Source of the DNA: Eledone cirrhosa
Lineage: Eukaryota
Reading direction: 5' to 3'
Assembly (NCBI GenBank): GCA_964016885.1
Contig: OZ024760.1
Location: 8,122,001-8,186,000 of the forward strand
DNA: 64,000 bases
Shown here: piece after piece, positions 25,843 to 38,181 of the stretch
Numbering within the stretch: the stretch's first letter is position 1
How the letters are laid out: every line of letters starts with the position of its first letter
Notes under the pieces: model-generated
What the model was told of the DNA's origin: nothing
Seen by the model: only the letters and a program-made list of their open reading frames with translations
The model's database searches: none
Program-made: the position numbers and the translations under genes

Positions 25843-28800
25843 ATTTGAAAGGTAAACAGAAATAACAAGACAAATGGTACAGTATATGGAAGGGATATAT
25901 TAGGTTAATGCTTGATATAGCAGGAAGAGGGTCTTAACGTTTCAGATGCTAGTCCTTCATCAGAAGAAAGATGAGAAATTAGATAGATTGAAGGGATGGG
26001 CAGGTTGGAATTGGAAAAAATGTCTTTAGATAAAAGTAACAGGTCCATTCATGTTGACATCTCTAATAGATAGTTACTATTGGTTCACCAGTTTGAGCAC
26101 TCAATGCCAATATGGGTCTGGTTTCCAAAGTGGTATTCCACATTTGGTATCTTTAAGAAGCATAGTGTTAATAATATTATTAATAATAATAATGAGCAGG
26201 AATGAAGTATAATTAGAGCATCATTATGTTTATGTGAATAAACATAATGATGCTATAATGGAGGCACATGGCTTAGTGGTTAGAGCATTGGCCTTGCAAT
26301 CGAAAGGTTGTGAGTTCAATTCTCAGACCAGGTAATGTGTTGTTTCCTTGAGCAAGACACTTTATTTCACATTGCTCCAGTTTACTCAGCTGTAGAAATG
26401 AGATGATAGGGACTGGGGTCCATATCATTCCACTGCAAAGTGGTCGTGGAGGTGCCACAGCAAAAAAGCACCCAGCCCTCACTGTAAAGTGGACGTGTAG
26501 GCGCCACGGAAAAAAAGCACCCAGCACTCACTGTAAATGAGGTTGGTGTTAGGAAGGGCATCCAGCTGTAGAAATCAAGCCAGAATCAGTTCCTGTCCCA
26601 CCCTTGCAAGCAGGGAAAAGTGGACATAAAATGATGATGATGATGATGATGATACTATATTGATTATTATTATTATTACTAGCTGGTCCCGTGCCATCAA
26701 AAATGATGGCCGATTGTAATATCTATACATAATATAAAAAAAGAGATGTTTGTTGGTTGGCTGGTTGGCTCCTTCGTGTTCACTCACACAAGTGATACAA
26801 ACACACAGCTGTGACAAATCTTAGAACGCTGAACTTCTATAGTTTCTTACCCCCCTCCTTCCTCATTCATCTCTAGTGTGACGGACAAATACACAAGGCT
26901 TTTGTGTTAGTAGATTATTATTATGATACACATACACGACAAAAAGGCTCCCAGTCCACACTGTAAATGTGGTTGGTGTTAGGAAGGGCATCAAGCCGTA
27001 GAAAACCTGCCAGGGACAGTTCTGTACAAGCGAGACGCGGTCTCCCGACCAATCTCGCCTCAAGTGGAACAAAACCGTCCAACCGATGCTAGCGTCGAAG
27101 GTGGACATTAAACGATGATGAACAGTATGACAAACATAACTCTCACAAATTGCAGATACAGGCCTAACACTAGTCATGTTAGTGCTGCGCATGGCAGAGG
27201 GTAGCTAGAGTAGCCATGTGCAAGAATCCCTCGACCGTCACCAAGCACTCACATAACCTTTTTCCCTTTCAGATACATAAAACTTCTAACCTATCCAACC
27301 CATGCAAGCATGGTAAAGGGGACGTAAAAAAAGGATGATGATAATGGTATATCATCATCATCATCATTTCATTTTACGTCCACTTTTCCCTGCTTGCAAG
27401 GGTGGGACGGGAACTGATTCTGGCTTGATTTCTACAGCTGGATGCCCTTCCTAACACCAACCTCATTTACAGTGAGTGCTGGGTGCTTTTTTTGCTGTGG
27501 CACCTCCACGACCACTTTGCAGTGGAATGATAGGGACCCCAGTCCCTATCATTTCATTTCTACAGCTGAGTAAACTGGAGCAATGTGAAATAAAGTGTCT
27601 TGCTCAAGGAAAGAACACATCACCCGGTCTGAGAATTGAACTCACAACCTTTCGATTGCAAGACCAATGCTCTAACCACTAAGCCATGTGCCTCCATGTA
27701 TATATATATATAAATAGAGTCAGCAGTGCTGAGACTGAGGAGACCACTAATGGCGATATTAGAGTTGGTATAGAGATACGGTAATATCACAACCACAGTA
27801 CCAAGCAGCTTCGTCTTCTGTGTTCAGCAAGCCTTTTCAAGGGTGTAGTAATATTTGTAGGGTGTGAATAAATAGGTCACTAGTCTTGGTAGTGCTTTGG
27901 TTGAGTTTATCAACGTAGTGAACTAGTTAGATGGAGGAAGTGTGTGTGTGTGTGTGGGGGGGGGGGCAGATATATAAACACACACACACACACATATATA
28001 TATAGTTGAAAAGTGGGGGTAATGTTCCATATAAATTGAAAATTACAGGAAAAAAAGTAAGCACAGGAGTATATTTAACCCTTTAGCATTTAAACCGGCT
28101 GTATCCAGCCAGAATTCTCTCACCACTTTCTGTTCAAACTGGCCACTCATACTGATATTAAGATATTGGTCTTAAGATAAATAATATCAAAATCTCATAG
28201 ATTCGATATTATGTGAGATATTATGTGAGATAAAGCCTTTACTGAGAAAATACAAAAGTATATATAGAGTAATGTAAATGCTAAAGGGGTAAATATTTTT
28301 TTCTTTAATCCAACAGAAGAAATATTTTTATATTTGTTACATTAAATGAATTTAGGTTTTATCAAATAAGAAAACAGCACAGTTCCCATGACTTTCGGAA
28401 ACATTTTTTCACGCTCAGAGTTGCTGAAGCATGGAACAAACTACCTGCATCAGTTGTTGGCTGTCGAGACACTGCATCCTTTAAGGCCTCCATGCTTCCC
28501 GAGATCCGCCAACACTACAGCTAACACATACACACATGTACTTCCCTGACATTTGTGTATTATTCTATGTACTATACATACACCTTTGACGAGTTGTAGT
28601 GCACCTGAGCACTTTACACAATAATTTCATTATTATTATTACCAGTTTCAATTGGTATGTCAATCTTATCAAATATTAAAAAGTGTGTTCACATATTCTG
28701 AGAGCAGTTAGAAGTATATTATGTAACAAAGAATGACAAATATTTTTAATTTATAAAGAAAAATGAGAAAACATACCTGGTATTGCACCTGCCATGTTCA

Positions 28801-29768
28801 TGATACCTGTAATTAAAATAGACACAGAGTTACATTTAATCGTGTTGGAAAGTGGTTGTGTTGGTGACATGACAAAAAGCACCCAGTTCACCATGGAAGG
28901 TGGTAGTGTTGGTGACATGACAAAACGCACCCAGTTCACTATGAAAGGTGGTAGTGTTGGTGACATGACAAAACGCACCCAGTTCACTATGAAAGGTGGT
29001 AGTGTTGATGACATGACAAAAAGTACCCAGCCCACTCTGTAAGGTGATTTGCTGGTGACATGACAAAAAGTACCCAGCCCACTCTGTAAGGTGATTGTGC
29101 TGGTGACATGACAAAAAGTACCCAGCCCACTCTGTAAGGTGATTGTGCTGGTGACATGACAAAAAGTACTCAGCCCACTCTGTAAGGTGATTTGCTGGTG
29201 ACATGACAAAAAGTACCCAGCCCACTCTGCAAGGTGATTGTGCTGGTGACATGACAAAAAGTACCCAGCCCACTCTGTAAGGTGATTGTGCTGGTGACAT
29301 TACAAAAAGTACCCAGCCCACTCTGTAAGGTGATTGTGCTGGTGACATGACAAAAAGTACCCAGCCCACTCTGTAAGGTGATTTGCTGGTGACATGACAA
29401 AAAGTACCCAGTCCACTCTGTAAGGTGATTGTGCTGGTGACATGACAAAAAGTACCCAGTCCACTCTGTAAGGTGATTGTGCTGGTGACATGACAAAAAG
29501 TACCCAGCCCACTCTGTAAGGTGATTGTGCTGGTGACATGACAAAAAGTACCCAGTCCACTCTGTAAGGTGATTGTGCTGGTGACATGACAAAAAGTACC
29601 CAGCCCACTCTGTAAGGTGATTTGCTAGTGACATGACAAAAAGTACCCAGCCCACTCTGTAAGGTGATTTGCTGGTGACATGACAAATAAACACCCGGTC
29701 CATCCCGTGAGATGGTCGTACTGGTGATAGAACAAAAAGCACTCTGTCCACCCTGTTAGTTAGTTAGT

Positions 29769-29808
<40 letters not shown>

Positions 29809-31281
29809 CAACATACCAAATACAGATCCTGCATGTTTTGGAGCAATATCCTGTGGGTTTATAAGAATGCCGCTACCATGGAAACCACAGCAAGCCACAG
29901 CACAGGCCAGGCAGAAGAGGGACGCTTCAAAACTGGACGTATATCCAATCAACATTAGAAATATAGCACTACCACACAGGGCCACAGTCTGTAAAGAAGG
30001 AATACAAGAGAAAATATATCAGACACCAGGATCACCACTTCAGAAATGTAGTTGTCCTGATGTAAAGGATTACAATAATAGTTGATTCCTATAAATAGGA
30101 CGATTGACAAGATTCCAAACATCATTCGCTCACCTAGTGTGAGTGGAACTCGTCAGATTTGGACCGAAGAAACAATGTTTCCATTGGACTTTCCAATTGC
30201 TGATACTATCTACCTGTCACAACTCTTGGCAGAAAGAGCGACGTGAAATGAAGTATCTTGCTCAAGGACATAACGCATCACCTGGTCTGGGAATCAAACT
30301 CACAACCTCACGATTGTGAATCTAATTCTCTAACCACTAAGCCATGTGCCTTCATAAATAACAGTTGAGAAAATCGGGTAAATTCCCCCTAGAGGCAGAA
30401 AAAAGTAGGGGCAGGCGCAAGAAATATGTTTGATTCCTCACAAAATACCTCTGTCTACTTCTTTCCTATTTCCAGGGGCACATCAGACAATTTTCTCAAC
30501 TGTTATTTACAGTGATTGACTATTATTATAGTCATTTACACTGGGACAACGATATTTCTAATATACACACATGCATATATATATATTCCTGTGGGAGCCC
30601 CTACACAGACACACTAGAAGAGTGAGACCAAGGTTGACATATATTGTTGCCCTAAGGACAGACATTGGTCTCTGGGAGATGCAGGACATGGCAGCAATGA
30701 TGAAGGACAGAGACTGCTGGAGAGAACACGTCCATGGATCTCGGGAATTTGACCTGCCCTATATATATATATATATATCATCATCATCATCATCATTTTA
30801 CGTCCGCTTTTCCCTGCTTGCAAGGGTGGGACGGGTCTTATTCAGCACAGCATCTCTCCACTCGTCACGGTCCCTCGTCATCTCCACCGTGAGCTTCAAT
30901 GATCTGAGGTCTGTTCTCACCACCTCCGCCCATGTTTTTCGTGGTCTACCTCTACCACGTCTTCCTCAACTGGCAATTCCTGGCACTTCTTCACCCATCG
31001 GTCATCCTCCATGCGCATCACATGTCCATACCACCTCAGTCTCCTCTCCCGTACACTACATTCTATCCCTCTCAGACACAGTTTCTCTCTCAACACATTC
31101 ATACTAGGTCGTTCATGCACATTTACACTGCACATCCAACGGAGCATGCTTGCCTCATTTCTCTCCAGCCGTCGCATATCCTCTGCAGTTGCTGCCCATG
31201 TCTCACTACCATGCAGCATCGCACTCCTCACACAGGCATCATACAACCGGCCTTTCCTACGCAGGGAGAAACCTTTCTTCG

Positions 31282-31312
<31 letters not shown>

Positions 31313-34138
31313 TTTATGTTAGGCTGTTTACCAGTGGGTAGAACCGGTGGTTTGGGTCGGTAAACGATGATGCAACAAATTAATTAAAGCACTCAACGTT
31401 ATGCAAGTCTTCCATCGTAGATGTGGTATCCAGTGGTTGGTGCAGGAATGAAGTAAAGTATACATTAAAACAACAACAGACGGCCAGACTGGAAAATTTA
31501 CTTTAGAATTTTAATTCTGTGAAAGCACTATACATATTTTAATGGCCCAGCTCCCTCATCTGATTATGATGCAAGACAAGGCGATCTCATCAGGTGTTAT
31601 TTGCAGAATTATGTAACATGATTATATTGAACCCAAACATATAATGGAAGATAGGAGATAGAGAAAAAATAGAAAATAGAAAATTCAATTTGGAGACAGC
31701 CTGCAAATATGGTGTTATATCAATAGTAGGTGGTCCTCGAATGACACCTGATGCCAGTTTTGTGGGCTGGTAGGTGTGGTGGAAAGGCTAGGGGTGGCCA
31801 AGTGGCGACACAGATATATCCGTCTTAGAGAATGCAATTCCTTAATTATAGTCACTGCTACACTGTCACAGAGATCAAAAGGTATTAATCTATTGGTCGT
31901 CTTTCAGACAATTCAATCTACCCTGACAGTATTTAAAGGGGAACAGAGCTATGTAAAATTTAGAGATAGAAAAAATGATAATAATATTACCTAGAAAAGA
32001 ATAGGGGTTTTATATATATATAGTTGTATGGTTGCATGAAAAATGCATTCTTGTTCCTTATCCTTAGAGAATATATGTATATATATGTATATATATGTAT
32101 ATATATATATACATATATTTGTAATTCCCTAAGAATTTAGATACTTATATAATATTTCAACTTACCTCCATACATTTTCTCACAAATGTTACAGTGTAAC
32201 CTGGTGAATTAAAACAACAAAAAGAATATAGAATCAGCAGAAATCATAAAGTTAAAATCAACAATTAACTCAAAATTGGAAATACTTGTGAAATACCGCC
32301 ATCTAACAAAACATACTTTCTCCACCCTATCATTCAGACCAAAACTATGGACAGACCCCGAAATCACCACCCGAACACATACGTTGTGCAACAACTATTA
32401 ACATACACCACCAACATCTTCATATAAAATAAAGTACCAGTAATACACTGGGATAATTGCTGGCCTTGTGCCAAAAGTAAAAACAATTATTATTATTTCC
32501 AATGACTTTGCCTTCCATCCTTACGGGGTCGATAAAATAAAGTACCAGTAATACACTGGGATAAATGCTGGCCTTGTGCCAAACGTAGAAACAATTATAT
32601 CCAAAGGGTGGTGGATTGGCAGTATCGGTAGAGGGTCGGACACCTGCTTTGATGCATAGAGTTACGGTCCTTGCCATTCTGAGTTCAAATCCCGCTGAGG
32701 TTAACTTTGCCTTTCATCCTTACGGGGTTGATAAAATAAAGTACCAGTAATGCACTGGGTAATTGCTGCCCTTGTGCCAAAAGTAGAAACAATTATTATT
32801 ATTTCCATTATTATTACCTACTAAGGGTGGTGGATTGGCAGTATCAGTAGAGGGTCGGACACCATGTTAGGGCGGTGGATTGGCAGTATCGGTAGAGGGT
32901 CGGACGCCATGTTAGGGCGGTGGATTGGCAGTATCGGTAGAGGGTCGGACGCCATGCTTTCTAGCATAGTTACGTCCCTTTACGATCTGAGTTCAAATCC
33001 CACCGAGGTTGACTTTGCCTTTCATCCTTACAGGGTCGATAAAATAAAGTACCAGTAATACACTGGGTATTTGCTGGCCTTGTGCCAAAAGTAGAAACTA
33101 TTATTATTACCTACTATTATCACCATTATTAACTCTATCACTATCATCATCAACATCAACATATGTAGGTGTATGTTTTTATATGTATGTGTAAGTGTGT
33201 ATATATATATATATATATGCGGGTATATGTGTGCGTATATATAAATATATACATAATACTAATAATTGTTTCTACTTTTTGGCACAAGGCCAGCAATTAC
33301 CCCAGTACATTACTGGTACTTTATTTTATCGACCCCGTAAGGATTGAAGGCAAAGTTAACCTCGACGGGATTCGAACTCAGAATAGCAAGGGCTGTAACA
33401 CAAAGGACGGAGTGTTAGATCTTCATTACATTTATTGAGGTGTGATGCACGTTTTGCGATTGATCAGCTCAAGGATTAATCTGTATTGATCTGGCCCAAG
33501 TCTGGAAACAAAAGCTTGTTGGACTTCTGTTATGGTAATGACAGATCAAACATAGATTAACGGGATATTATAATCACTAAAATATATTAAAATTAAATGA
33601 GAAAAAAACTCTAATTCTGGGAGTATAAAAAAGATAGATAAAAAAAAGTATTCTATCTAACTTCGCTTATAGATAGATCTCCCTGCCATGGTTTCATATG
33701 GGGAAGAATTATTATTGGAACCACCAATAATTGAAGAATCTGCCATACTCTTGAGGGGAGTTTAATTCTTCAAGTCTAAGAGAAATGGAACAAGATATAA
33801 TACATACTGTTTCTTTAGCCGAGGCACCATGGTGGAATAAAAAAACACGCGTAGTGTTATGTTCTCAAATCTCCTAGGGTATTAAGACTACTTGATAGGC
33901 TTTTACATACATTCCAACACTATCATTCGACTAATTATCAAAATGAAGCCAGCCTTACCTTTGCATATCATGACATCTGCCAACCATCCACTGAATATGC
34001 AGCTTGGAATAGTCACAACCCATGGGACCACATTAAATACCCAACCCTAACAAAAAGAAGACAAACAAATAAAACAACAACATAAATTAACATAAATAAA
34101 AGAAAAACTTCAATGGGAATATTGCTGAGATTTAAGGC

Positions 34139-34184
<46 letters not shown>

Positions 34185-34295
34185 CGAAGGAAATGTGGTA
34201 AGGAACCAGGTGGACCATAACGCACCAAAGTACACAATACTTAGGGTAGTAGAGTGGGTAATAGGAACGAGTAGGACCCGGGGGTCCTACTCGTT

Positions 34296-34335
<40 letters not shown>

Positions 34336-37300
34336 CTTGTAAGTATTCTTAATGATGGAGATGACAGTGGTGATGGTGATGGTGATGATTATGATGATAA
34401 TGGTGAATATGGTGGTGATGAGAACGATGGTGGTGATGCTGGTGATGATAATAGTGATTGTGATGATGATGGTGATGGTGGTGATGATTATGATGATATT
34501 ATTGATAATGATTAGCGTGGAAGATGGACGTTAAACGAAGATTATGATGATGATGATGATGATTGACTTCCACTTTGTCTGAAGAATGACTTAACAAATA
34601 TGTTAAATTAATTAAAATATCAAAAGGCGTTGAGTGTTTTTCTTACCTTCGCTGAAGGGAAACTTTCATGGAAGTATGTGGGCATCCATGACAAGAGGAC
34701 AAAAAAGGCGTTATTTTGACAGAAGTGACCAACAATAAGGGACCTGAAATAACAACAGGAAACCAACACTAGGTATTTCATCATTTAAACAGAACCTCAA
34801 TATTCACAACACCGAATCTCAACACAGAATCTCAACACAGAACCCCAACACAGAACCCCAACACAGAATCTCAACACAGAATCTCAACACAGAACCCCAA
34901 CACAGAACCCCAACACAGAACCCCAACACAGAATCTCAACACAGAATCTCAACACAGAATCCCAACACAGAACCCCAACACAGAACCCCAACACAGAATC
35001 TCAACACAGAATCTCAACACAGAACCCCAACACAGAATCCCAACACAGAACCCCAACACAGAATCTCAACACAGAATCTCAACACAGAACCCCAACACAG
35101 AACCCCAACACAGAACCCCAACACAGAACCCCAACACAGAATCTCAACACAGAATCCCAACACAGAACCCCAACACAGAATCCCAACACAGAACCCCAAC
35201 ACAGAATCCCAACACAGAACCCCAACACAGAATCCCAACACAGAACCCCAACACAGAACCCCAACACAGAACCCCAACACAGAATCTCAACACAGAATCC
35301 CAACACAGAATCCCAACACAGAACCCCAACACAGAACCCCAACACAGAACCCCAACACAGAACCCCAACACAGAACCCCAACACAGAATCCCAACACAGA
35401 ATCTCAACACAGAATCTCAACACAGAATCCCAACACAGAACCCCAACACAGAACCCCAACACAGAATCTCAACACAGAATCTCAACACAGAACCCCAACA
35501 CAGAATCCCAACACAGAACCCCAACACAGAATCTCAACACAGAATCTCAACACAGAACCCCAACACAGAACCCCAACACAGAATCCCAACACAGAACCCC
35601 AACACAGAATCCCAACACAGAATCCCAACACAGAACCCCAACACAGAACCCCAACACAGAATCCCAACACAGAACCCCAACACAGAATCCCAACACAGAA
35701 CCCCAACACAGAATCCCAACACAGAACCCCAACACAGAACCCCAACACAGAACCCCAACACAGAATCTCAACACAGAATCCCAACACAGAATCCCAACAC
35801 AGAACCCCAACACAGAACCCCAACACAGAACCCCAACACAGAACCCCAACACAGAATCCCAACACAGAATCTCAACACAGAATCTCAACACAGAATCCCA
35901 ACACAGAACCCCAACACAGAACCCCAACACAGAATCTCAACACAGAATCTCAACACAGAACCCCAACACAGAATCCCAACACAGAACCCCAACACAGAAT
36001 CTCAACACAGAATCTCAACACAGAACCCCAACACAGAACCCCAACACAGAATCCCAACACAGAACCCCAACACAGAATCCCAACACAGAATCCCAACACA
36101 GAACCCCAACACAGAACCCCAACACAGAATCCCAACACAGAATCCCAACACAGAACCCCAACACAGAACCCCAACACAGAACCCCAACACAGAATCTCAA
36201 CACAGAACCCCAACACAGAACCCCAACATAGAACCCCAACACAGAACCCCAACACAGAACCCCAACACAGAACCCCAACACAGAATCTCAACACAGAATC
36301 TCAACACAGAACCCCAACACAGAACCCCAACACAGAACCCCAACATAGAACCCCAACACAGAACCCCAACACAGAATCCCAACACAGAACCCCAACACAG
36401 AATCCCAACACAGAATCCCAACACAGAACCCCAACACAGAACCCCAACACAGAATCCCAACACAGAACCCCAACACAGAATCCCAACACAGAACCCCAAC
36501 ACAGAATCCCAACACAGAATCCCAACACAGAACCCCAACACAGAACCCCAACACAGAACCCCAACACAGAATCCCAACACAGAACCCCAACACAGAACCC
36601 CAACACAGAACCCCAACACAGAATCCCAACACAGAACCCCAACACAGAATCCCAACACAGAATCCCAACACAGAACCCCAACACAGAACCCCAACACAGA
36701 ATCTCAACACAGAATCTCAACACAGAACCCCAACACAGAACCCCAACACAGAATCCCAACACAGAACCCCAACACAGAACCCCAACACAGAATCCCAACA
36801 CAGAACCCCAACACAGAATCCCAACACAGAACCCCAACACAGAATCCCAACACAGAATCCCAACACAGAACCCCAACACAGAACCCCAACACAGAACCCC
36901 AACACAGAATCCCAACACAGAATCCCAACACAGAACCCCAACACAGAACCCCAACACAGAATCCCAACACAGAACCCCAACACAGAATCCCAACACAGAA
37001 TCCCAACACAGAACCCCAACACAGAACCCCAACACAGAACCCCAACACAGAATCCCAACCCAGAACCCCAACACAGAATCCCAACACAGAACCCCAACAC
37101 AGAATCCCAACACAGAACCCCAACCCAGAACCCCAACACAGAACCCCAACACAGAACCCCAACACAGAACCCCAACACAGAACCCCAACACAGAACCCCA
37201 ACACAGAACCCCAACACAGAACCCCAACACAGAACCCCAACACAGAACCCCAACACAGAACCCCAACACAGAACCCCAACACAGAACCCCAACACAGAAC

Positions 37301-38139
37301 CCCAACACAGAACCCCAACACAGAACCCCAACACAGAATCAGACAAAAACTTAGCTGGAATATTATTCTGATTAGTTGAGATTTTGTTTTACTAGGCTTG
37401 TGGGAAGGGGCTAAGTATATACTCATACATACACACATATATATAATATTATATTGATCTTGATCCAGGGTCTTGATATCACTCACGGAGGAGGAACCCC
37501 TCCCTGGACTCCTTCCACCGACTTCTGTCCCTTGCCTGTCTTGGCCATGAGGGTCCAAGGTGGTTGGTGAGATCGTCTCACTATCTTGTCCTTGGACGTC
37601 CTTTCGATCTTGTCCATTTTCTTGGTGTCCACTCTGTCACTCTGATCATCCATCTGTTGTCACTGAGTCATGAAATGTGGCCATCCCATCTGTGTTTGTT
37701 CATCTTGATGGTTGTTGTTATGTCGCTGACTCTCCAGTTTGTTGTCAGATCCAAGTGTTCTTCTTGTCACGCAGCATGGTAGCCAACATGATGGGCAACA
37801 CTGAGTATGTTCTTCATGGAGTTAGTAATATATATGTATGATTATATATATATATATATATATATATGAAAATTAGAGTTAAAACTCAATTGGAACCCTG
37901 TAACTATTAAGCTCCAAGTATAAATACTGAGCCGATTAATAATATATAGTAAGAAACACAGTAAACCGTGTGTCTAAAATTACAAGGGTTGAAAAACCAC
38001 ATTTGTTTGAAATATTTAACCAAGAAGCAGACAGAATGATAAAATATACAAACCGCCTCAATAACCATTATATCTCTCGGACAGATTATCCCTAATATCT
38101 CTCGGACAGATTATCCCTAATATCTCTTGGACAGATTAT

Positions 38140-38181
<42 letters not shown>

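Noticed and set aside
34812-37558. Cys/Trp-rich LGFCVGVLCWGSV ORFs and a CRISPR-like appearance
   Set aside because: Pure 13-bp tandem array without unique spacers, in an intron of a eukaryotic gene; no cas genes.
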